Shown here one piece after another: positions 57,100 through 64,000 of a stretch of 64,000 nucleotides of DNA. The position numbers were made by a program, and so were the translations under genes. The notes under the pieces are model-generated. The model saw only the letters and a list, made by a program, of their open reading frames with translations. It had not been told where the DNA came from and made no database searches. How positions within the stretch are numbered: position 1 is the stretch's first letter; the number at the start of each line of letters is the position of its first letter. Origin of the DNA: a virus; the IMG/VR virus record IMGVR_UViG_3300045988_122046; one strand, written 5' to 3'.

Positions 57100-58893
57100 T
57101 TGAAATCAAATATGGATTATCAACTTAAAACACCATTGCTCCCAATTAAAAATGAATATACAGTGGTAGAGCGGGTATTTGCAATACGAGGAGTAGACCC
57201 AAAAGATATTCCTCATTATCTTAATACAACTGAAAAAGATATTTTAGACCCTGGTTTAATTATGAATATAGATGAAGGAGTAAGAATGTTGGCAAGACAT
57301 ATTAGCCAACAGGATAAGATTTATATTCAAGTAGATAGTGACTGTGATGGTTTTACATCTGCGGCATTCCTTATTAATTATTTAAACCGATTATTTCCAG
57401 GATATACTCAAACAAAAATTTCATATGGATTACATTCTGGTAAACAACACGGACTTTATGAAGAGTTTATTCCAGATTTTATAAATGAAGATTATAAACT
57501 AATTATTGCACCCGATTCGTCAAGTAATAATTATGAAGTACATAAAAAGCTTAAAGAACTTGGAATTGATGTATTAGTTATTGACCACCATGAAGCGGAA
57601 AAAGTTTCAGAAGATGCATGCGTGATAAATAATCAATTATGTGATTATCCAACTAAATCTTTATCTGGTGTAGGTATGGTTTATAAATTTTGTTCTTATT
57701 TTGATTCAATTATGGGTACAGATTGGGCAAGTTATTACCTTGATTTAGCGGCACTTGGAATCATTGCAGATATGATGGATATTCGAGATTTTGAAACAAG
57801 AGAAATTATTAATCTTGGTTTAGCATCTGTTGAAAACCCATTTTTTAAAGAAATGGTAAAAGTGCAAGATTATTCCATTAGCAGAGCAGGAGGATTATGT
57901 CCATTTGCAGTTAGCTTTTATATTGCACCGCAAATAAATGGAACTATTCGTATGGGTTCTGCAGATGAGAAACTTATGCTTTTTGAGTCTATGTTAGACT
58001 TTAAAGCTTATGACCAAATTCCTTCTACTAAAAGAGGATGTAAAGGTCAGTTTGAAACTCGTGTAGAGCAGGCTTGCCGCAATTGCACAAATATTAAACG
58101 TAATCAATCTAAAGCCATTGATGCAAGTCTTCAAACGATTGAAGGAATTATAAAAGATAAATCTCTTGAAGAAAACAAAATTATTGCAGTTAAACTTGCT
58201 GCTGGAGCAATAAATAAAAACTTAACTGGACTTATTGCAAATCAGTTAATGGCTAAATATAATCATCCATTTCTTATTCTTATGGAACATCCACAAGAGG
58301 ATGGTAGTATTAGTTTAGAAGGTTCTGGTAGAAGTTATGAAACTTCTAATTTTAATGATTTAAGAACATTTATTCGAGATAGCGGTTATGCCAGTCTTGC
58401 AGAAGGTCATCCCAATGCATTTGGTGCAGCTATTCCAGAAGATAAGTTTAATGATTTTATTCAGTATTCAAATGAAGCTTTAAAAGAATGTTCATTTACT
58501 CCATGTCAGAAAGTTGATTTTATCTGGGATGCAAATGACTTTAAAGCAAATGATATTATTGATTTAGCTGAATTAAATACTATTTGGGGACAAGAACTTG
58601 CGGAACCAATTGTCGTAATTAAAAATGTTAAAGTAACTAAAGATAATTTATCTTATATGGGAAAAGGTGGCAGATGTCCTTCATTTAAAATTACTTTACC
58701 TAATGGAACAAGTTTAATTAAGTTTAGAATTACTGATGAAGAATTTGATTCATTACTTCCTGCTAATGCTACTGGTAGTAAAAATATTACAATTATAGGA
58801 ACTTGTGCAATTAATGAATGGAATGGTCGTATAACTCCTCAGATTAAAGTTAGTGATTATGAAATCACAGGAGAGACTAAATATTATTTTTAA
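57100..58893 (+). CDS. DHH-family RecJ-like exonuclease
   Basis: DHH motifs VDSDCDGFTSAA and VIDHHE. Confidence 0.75.
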   Translation: MKSNMDYQLKTPLLPIKNEYTVVERVFAIRGVDPKDIPHYLNTTEKDILDPGLIMNIDEGVRMLARHISQQDKIYIQVDSDCDGFTSAAFLINYLNRLFPGYTQTKISYGLHSGKQHGLYEEFIPDFINEDYKLIIAPDSSSNNYEVHKKLKELGIDVLVIDHHEAEKVSEDACVINNQLCDYPTKSLSGVGMVYKFCSYFDSIMGTDWASYYLDLAALGIIADMMDIRDFETREIINLGLASVENPFFKEMVKVQDYSISRAGGLCPFAVSFYIAPQINGTIRMGSADEKLMLFESMLDFKAYDQIPSTKRGCKGQFETRVEQACRNCTNIKRNQSKAIDASLQTIEGIIKDKSLEENKIIAVKLAAGAINKNLTGLIANQLMAKYNHPFLILMEHPQEDGSISLEGSGRSYETSNFNDLRTFIRDSGYASLAEGHPNAFGAAIPEDKFNDFIQYSNEALKECSFTPCQKVDFIWDANDFKANDIIDLAELNTIWGQELAEPIVVIKNVKVTKDNLSYMGKGGRCPSFKITLPNGTSLIKFRITDEEFDSLLPANATGSKNITIIGTCAINEWNGRITPQIKVSDYEITGETKYYF

Positions 58894-58896
58894 AAT

Positions 58897-58928
58897 TATA
58901 TGGCGTATATAATGTACGCCATATTTTT
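58897..58928 (+). terminator. rho-independent terminator
   Basis: tatggcgta-tataatg-tacgccata + TTTTT. Confidence 0.55.
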
Positions 58929-59034
58929 GTACCCATATGCGAGAATAGCAGGTCTTCCGGCGGTGATGGGTCCTAACAACCGTAATCCAAAACAAAAAGT
59001 GGTCTTAGAAATTTTTCACCAAAAATGCCTTATA
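58929..59034 (+). repeat. GC-rich intergenic element, copy 2
   Basis: GTACCCATATGCGAGAATAGCAGGTCTTCCGGCGGTG...CCGTAATCCAAAAC...TTTTTCACCAAAAATGCC; ~70% identical to 11527-11640. Confidence 0.5.
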
Positions 59035-59063
59035 TTGATTTTTTACTTAAAAAATGGTATAAT
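59035..59063 (+). promoter_or_regulatory. conserved phage promoter
   Basis: TTGATT 59035-59040, TATAAT 59058-59063. Confidence 0.5.
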
Positions 59064-59094
59064 ATTTATATAATCAAAAGGGATGGTATATATT

Positions 59095-59388
59095 ATGATA
59101 AGAGAAGCTGAAGAATTAAAAAATAAATTAGACGTAACAGTAATCAATAGAGACCAGTTAAATAAAATTTTACTTGAAAGAATTAATTTTGCTTTTGATA
59201 GTTTATATTTTCGATATGCTATGGCTATCAAAGAGCTTGGTGAATATAAAGAAAGAGAAGCATTAAAAGAAGGTAGACATTTTTCCCGTAAAACTTGGGA
59301 AGATGGTCAGTGTATGCATTTTTATAACGTATTAGAGGAGATATTAGAAGCCCATGCAGAAGACCACCCACTTCGATCAAACAAATAA
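59095..59388 (+). CDS. possible MazG-like all-alpha NTP pyrophosphohydrolase
   Basis: IKELGEYKE resembles MazG EExGEL metal-binding motif; weak. Confidence 0.35.
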   Translation: MIREAEELKNKLDVTVINRDQLNKILLERINFAFDSLYFRYAMAIKELGEYKEREALKEGRHFSRKTWEDGQCMHFYNVLEEILEAHAEDHPLRSNK

Positions 59389-59440
59389 TAACTCAATTAG
59401 AGCTTTTAAATTAACTAAAAGCGATATATTCTCAATTTCC

Positions 59441-59617
59441 ATGAAAACGTATATGAAAAGCTCATATTTATGGAATGGAAATTTTAAGATAATGGGATTT
59501 AAAAAAGAGCGAGTATGTTTATATTGGCGTTATCATAGAATTCCAACGCCATTTAAACAGCAAATGATCAGATTAATGTATATGAAAGAGAGTAATGAAA
59601 TAAATGGAATTAACTAA
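59441..59617 (+). CDS. possible small basic protein
   Basis: internal ATG of ORF-track ORF 59354-59617; weak RBS. Confidence 0.25.
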   Translation: MKTYMKSSYLWNGNFKIMGFKKERVCLYWRYHRIPTPFKQQMIRLMYMKESNEINGIN

Positions 59618-60785
59618 AAAACAAGAAGAGGGATTAAAAATTGCCGTTGAAAGATTCCACAACAATGAGAAATACACCGTAATAGCTGGGTACGCAGGTA
59701 CTGGTAAGTCCACACTTGTGAAGTTCATCATTGAGGCCCTTGATGTCGATCCAAGTAAAGTGGCATATGCTACTTTTACAGGTAAGGCAGCAGAAGTTCT
59801 TCGTAAAAAGGGAAATAAGAATGCTTGCACTTTACATAAATTACTTTATGAGCATATCCCAAGACCAGGCGGAGGTTTTTTTAGAAAGCCAAAATCTACT
59901 ATTGAATATAGCATTATTGTAGTGGATGAGATTTCAATGGTGCCAGTAAACATGATGCAACAGCTTTTTAAACATAAGGTGTATGTTATTTGTTTAGGCG
60001 ACCCATTCCAGATTCCTCCAATAGAAAAAGACCAAGATAATCACTTACTTGATAACCCTCATATTTTCTTAGATGAAATTATGCGGCAGGCCGCAGATTC
60101 TGAAATTATTAGACTTAGCATTGACATTCGAGAAATGAAACCTTTAGAGCTATTTAAAGGAAAAAATGTTCAAGTAATTGACCAAAAAGATTATGAAGCT
60201 GGTATGGTTCTTTGGGCTGATCAGATTATTTGTGGAACCAATGCCGCAGTTGAAGAGATTAATGTTTATGCAAGAAATCTGTTGGGAAGAGGCCCGCTTC
60301 CAGAAGATGGAGATAAAATTCTTTGTAGACAAAATTATTGGGAAGATATTAGTGATGACCATAATGCCTTAGTTAATGGTACCATTGGCTATTTAAAAAA
60401 CCCTAAAAATAGATTTATTTATTTCCCATATTGGATTGGAGCTTCTGTCCCATCAGTACAAGCCATTCAATGCGATATAGAGACTGATGAAGGAGATATT
60501 TATAAAGATTTATATTTGGATAAAACTATGCTTACTCATGGAGCAAGATGTCTTGATAATAGAGATATTTATAAAATTGGTAAGCATCGTGAAAGAGTTG
60601 GAGATTTAATCCCAAAATTTTTTACTTATGGATATGGAATTACTGGACATAAGGCTCAAGGTTCTGAATGGGATAATGTTTTAGTTCTTGAAGAGCCATT
60701 TCCAAGAGTAAGGTTGGAACATGCAAGATGGCTTTATACTGCAATAACCAGAGCATCTGAAAAAGTAATTGTAAGGAGAAAATAA
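59604..60785 (+). CDS. SF1 DNA helicase, Dda/RecD-like
   Basis: Walker A AGYAGTGKST, Walker B IVVDEISMV, C-terminal TGHKAQGSEWDNV motif. Confidence 0.75.
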   Translation: MELTKKQEEGLKIAVERFHNNEKYTVIAGYAGTGKSTLVKFIIEALDVDPSKVAYATFTGKAAEVLRKKGNKNACTLHKLLYEHIPRPGGGFFRKPKSTIEYSIIVVDEISMVPVNMMQQLFKHKVYVICLGDPFQIPPIEKDQDNHLLDNPHIFLDEIMRQAADSEIIRLSIDIREMKPLELFKGKNVQVIDQKDYEAGMVLWADQIICGTNAAVEEINVYARNLLGRGPLPEDGDKILCRQNYWEDISDDHNALVNGTIGYLKNPKNRFIYFPYWIGASVPSVQAIQCDIETDEGDIYKDLYLDKTMLTHGARCLDNRDIYKIGKHRERVGDLIPKFFTYGYGITGHKAQGSEWDNVLVLEEPFPRVRLEHARWLYTAITRASEKVIVRRK

Positions 60786-60786
60786 T

Positions 60787-61428
60787 ATGAATGTAGTTAC
60801 AATAGATTTTGATATTATTATGGAACCAAGTATTAGTTTTTATAATAATATGGTGGATATTGAAGACCCAATGAAAGATTATGTAGATAAATTTTCATTT
60901 CTTACAAATATCCCCGCCAATTTATATATTTATGATTATCTAACTCGCTATATTGTACGTGCGGCAAAGCAAAATCAAGAAATTTATTTTGTGAATAGTC
61001 ATGATAAAGTAATTGATATTCTTAAAACAATTCCTCATGATGAACAAATTGATTTATATAATATTGACCATCATCATGACTTAGGATATGATATGGAGCC
61101 TGCAGACTGGATGCGCCCAATGTTTAAATATGACTTGAGTAATTGGGTTAAATATGCAAGAGATAAGAAGCTGGTTGATACCTTTTATTGGGTTCATAAT
61201 GAAAATTCTGATCCTTATCCAAGCGAGGCCGCAAGATATGTTACAAAAGATTATATTTTAAAAGACTTCAATTTAGAAGATGACAAAAACGCTCCAGATA
61301 TTTTAATTATTTGTTCTTCTTTTGAATGGATTCCACCAGTTTATCAGCCATTGTTTTATTCATGGAATACTATCTGTAGTGAAATCACAGGAAAAGAATA
61401 TCCTTTTGACAGTATTGAAAAAATATGA
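60787..61428 (+). CDS. hypothetical protein
   Basis: ATG 2 nt after upstream stop. Confidence 0.5.
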   Translation: MNVVTIDFDIIMEPSISFYNNMVDIEDPMKDYVDKFSFLTNIPANLYIYDYLTRYIVRAAKQNQEIYFVNSHDKVIDILKTIPHDEQIDLYNIDHHHDLGYDMEPADWMRPMFKYDLSNWVKYARDKKLVDTFYWVHNENSDPYPSEAARYVTKDYILKDFNLEDDKNAPDILIICSSFEWIPPVYQPLFYSWNTICSEITGKEYPFDSIEKI

Positions 61429-61434
61429 TATAAT
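61406..61434 (+). promoter_or_regulatory. promoter TTGACA-N17-TATAAT
   Basis: -35 61406-61411, -10 61429-61434. Confidence 0.5.
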
Positions 61435-61476
61435 ATTTATATAATTGAGAATAGTATAGATAGAGGAAGATAATAA

Positions 61477-62814
61477 ATGAGCAAAAAGTGGTTTAATTGT
61501 CATAACCATACAGAGTATTCAAACTTACGTCTTTTGGATTCAACCAATCACCCAAAAGATTTAATCAATAAAGCAATCGAATTAGGACTTAGTGGTATCT
61601 GTATAACTGACCATGAAGCCCTTTGTGCGCACGTTGAAATAAATAAAATTGCGACAGAATTAAGAGAAACAAATCCTGATTTTGTGATTGGATTAGGAAA
61701 TGAGATTTATTTAACTGATACAAGAAATCATGGTCAGAAATATTATCACTTTATTTTGATTGCTAAAGATGCAATCGGTCATAAAGCATTAAGAGAGTTA
61801 AGTTCTACAGCTTGGTATTATTCATATATGGATAGAGGTATGGAAAGAGTTCCAACTTTAAAAGATGAATTAACTGAGATTGTAAAACATTATAAAGGTC
61901 ATTTAATTGCGACCAGTGCATGTATTGGTGGAGAATTATCTTCATGGTCTTTATTATATGCAGAAGCATTAAAAGTAAATGACCAAAAGATGGCAATGGA
62001 ATTTCAGAAAAAAATTCAAGATTTTATGAATTTTGTACTTGATTTATTTGGAGATGATTTCTATATTGAATGCGCTCCATCTAATAAAGAAGATCAAATG
62101 ACTGTAAATTCTCAGTTGTTTAAAATTGCAACTGCATATAATGTTAAGATGGTTGTTGGAACTGACTCTCATTATTTAACAAAAGAAGATAGAATGGTTC
62201 ATAAAGCATATCTTAATTCAAAAGGTGGAGAGCGTGAGGTTGATGACTTTTATGAATTTGCCAGACTTATGGATAGCGATGAAGTAGAAGAATTATTGTC
62301 TCCATGTTTTCCAGATGGATATGTAGATGTAATTTTTGAAAACACTTTAGATTTACAGAATAAAATTGAATATTACAGTCTTTTTCATAAGCAGGATATT
62401 CCATCTGTAGAAGTTAAAGATTATCCAAAAACAAGAGGATTTAGGCAGTATCCACATTTATCTGCAATGTTAATGGATGATGATATTCAGAATCGTTATT
62501 GGGTAAATGAATGTTTAAATCAGCTTGAAAAACTTGAAAAAATTAATGATAGACGTTATCTTGATGAACTTGAAGAAGAAGCACGAGTTAAAAGTATCAT
62601 TAGTGAAAAACTTGAAACAAATATGTTCCGTTATCCAAATACACTTCAGCATTATATTGATATGATTTGGGATTGCGGTTCAATGGTAGGTGCTGGTCGT
62701 GGTTCCAGTTGCGCCGCACTTAATCATTACCTTATGGGAATTACTCAGCTGGATCCAATTGAGTGGGATTTACCTTTCTTCCGTTATCTTAACGAAGAGA
62801 GAATCGAACTCGGT
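61477..62814 (+). CDS. dnaE: DnaE-type DNA polymerase III alpha, exon 1 (PHP domain)
   Basis: PHP motifs HNHTEYS, ITDHEAL; exon ends at U62814 inside ...FRYLNEERIELG|, matching E. coli DnaE ...FERFLNPERVSMP|DFDVDFC. Confidence 0.7.
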
Positions 62815-63979
62815 AGTCTGATATTGATATTGCCGAGTTGTAAATAAAAAACGTGAACCTTGCTAAAGGGTGTATTGTTATAAAAACAGTGCTAACGGTA
62901 TCAGCAAAATAAGGTATGTTTAATTAATACACGAATCAGCTGACTAAGAGAGCGAGTGGCCAGAAATGGTTGGACTTTGTAATACCGTGCTTTAAAAATA
63001 ACAAAATATCTTGGTCAATGTTTGTCAAAGTCAATATCGCCTTTATTATATAAAATATGAAAGGTGGTAATGATATGGAATATTTTATTTATATGACAAC
63101 AAATTTAATAAATGGACATAAATATATAGGTAAACATCATGGAGAATTAAATGATAGTTACTTAGGAAGTGGACTTTTATTAAAACAAGCGGTTAAAAAA
63201 TATGGTAAAGAGAATTTTAAAAGAGAAATATTATATATTTCTAAAAACGAAGAAGAAAATTCTCAAAAAGAAAAAGAATTTATAAATGTTTATAATGCAG
63301 TAGAAGATAAAAACTTTTATAATATTCATGAAGGCGGTAATGGTGGTAATACAATTGCTGGATGGTCTTTAGAACAAAAAGCCGCTTATTCTAAAAAATT
63401 AAGTGAACAGAGAAAAGGAGATAAAAATTCTCGATATGGTGTTCATTTAACAGAAGAAACAAAAAATAAAATAAGACAAAATAGAGACACTTCATATATG
63501 CAAACAACAGAATATAAAAAAAATATGTCTAAGGCAGTTAGTGGAAAAAAGAATGGTATGTATGGTAAACATCATACAGAAGAGTCAAAACGATTAATGT
63601 CTGAACATAGTAAAGGATTAAATTCTGGAGAAAAAAATGGCATGTATGGAAAAAGTAAAAATAATGCAATTAATGGTAAAAAAATCTATATGTATGATGA
63701 AAATAATAATTTAATTCGAGTTTTTAATGCAAAAACAGCCGCATTAGATTTTTTAGGATTAAAAGGACATGTAGGATTAAATAAAGCTATTAAGGAGCAT
63801 ACGATATATAAAGGTTATTTTTGGAGTGTAGAGACTAAATGAGAATTAAATATTTTATATTCTCAAGAGGAATAGAGAATAAGCACTATTCCGTAGCGCG
63901 TTTTAGCAATAATTGAAGTAAAATATTCTCAGTAAATTATTGTGAAAGAGATAGTCCAATACTTAAAAAGTATATAATG
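62815..63979 (+). mobile_element. group I intron (1165 nt) carrying a GIY-YIG homing endonuclease ORF
   Basis: Exon1 ends in U, intron ends in G (aaug|); internal guide gccgag (62832-62837) pairs with exon end cucggu with U-G; splicing gives RIELG-DIDIDIC colinear with RVSMP-DFDVDFC. Confidence 0.6.
63057..63842 (+). CDS. GIY-YIG homing endonuclease with NUMOD3-like repeats (intron-encoded)
   Basis: EYFIYMTTNLINGHKYIGKH...; repeats NGMYGKHHTEESK / NGMYGKSKNN. Confidence 0.75.
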   Translation: MKGGNDMEYFIYMTTNLINGHKYIGKHHGELNDSYLGSGLLLKQAVKKYGKENFKREILYISKNEEENSQKEKEFINVYNAVEDKNFYNIHEGGNGGNTIAGWSLEQKAAYSKKLSEQRKGDKNSRYGVHLTEETKNKIRQNRDTSYMQTTEYKKNMSKAVSGKKNGMYGKHHTEESKRLMSEHSKGLNSGEKNGMYGKSKNNAINGKKIYMYDENNNLIRVFNAKTAALDFLGLKGHVGLNKAIKEHTIYKGYFWSVETK

Positions 63980-64000
63980 GATATTGATATCGACATATGC
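63980..64000 (+). CDS. dnaE: DnaE exon 2 (partial, runs off window): DIDIDIC...
   Basis: matches conserved PDFDVDFC segment after PHP domain. Confidence 0.45.

Overview
This 64 kb window is very AT-rich (roughly 30% GC), and I placed every supported gene on the + strand. It reads as the early / DNA-metabolism region of a large virulent phage of a low-GC Gram-positive host. The host inference rests on strong AGGAGG-type ribosome-binding sites and sigma-A-like TTGATT-N17-TATAAT promoters.

Contents:
- About 24 copies of one highly conserved promoter-plus-leader motif, most directly preceded by a rho-independent terminator hairpin.
- Five tRNA genes: Ile-GAT, Gln-TTG, Leu-TAA, Gly-TCC and Lys-TTT, with Cys-GCA nearby. 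Odd tRNA half-fragments and tRNA-like pieces surround an HNH endonuclease gene.
- A replisome set: a DnaE-like polymerase (PHP domain, split by a group I intron), DnaB-like helicase, DnaG-like primase, DnaQ-like exonuclease, RNase H, NAD-dependent ligase, Dda/RecD-like helicase, RecJ-like DHH exonuclease, a Sak4-like ATPase, and a T4-style topoisomerase II. The topoisomerase large subunit (GyrB-like) is also split by a group I intron carrying a GIY-YIG homing endonuclease; the GyrA-like subunit is intact.
- At least seven homing-endonuclease-like genes: one HNH, four GIY-YIG, and two with zinc-ribbon repeats plus a Vsr/DUF559-like nuclease domain.
- An RNA/tRNA-repair toolkit: Thg1-like protein, HD hydrolase, Pol-beta nucleotidyltransferase, three calcineurin-like phosphoesterases, a DraRnl-type RNA ligase, and a Pnk-like kinase.
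- An adenylosuccinate-synthetase (PurA/PurZ) homolog, a PARG-like macrodomain protein, two vWA proteins (one TROVE/Ro60-like), an AAA+ ATPase, a GT8 glycosyltransferase, a flotillin, a PhoH-like ATPase, and a modular endolysin with a holin-like protein.

Most interesting signals:
- The two self-consistent group I introns.
- A homing-endonuclease insertion that left a diverged duplicate of the RNA-ligase C-terminus.
- tRNA halves whose stems match perfectly but which lie in permuted or split order.
- The clustered RNA-repair genes.
- Thrice-repeated terminator / GC-rich element / promoter modules.
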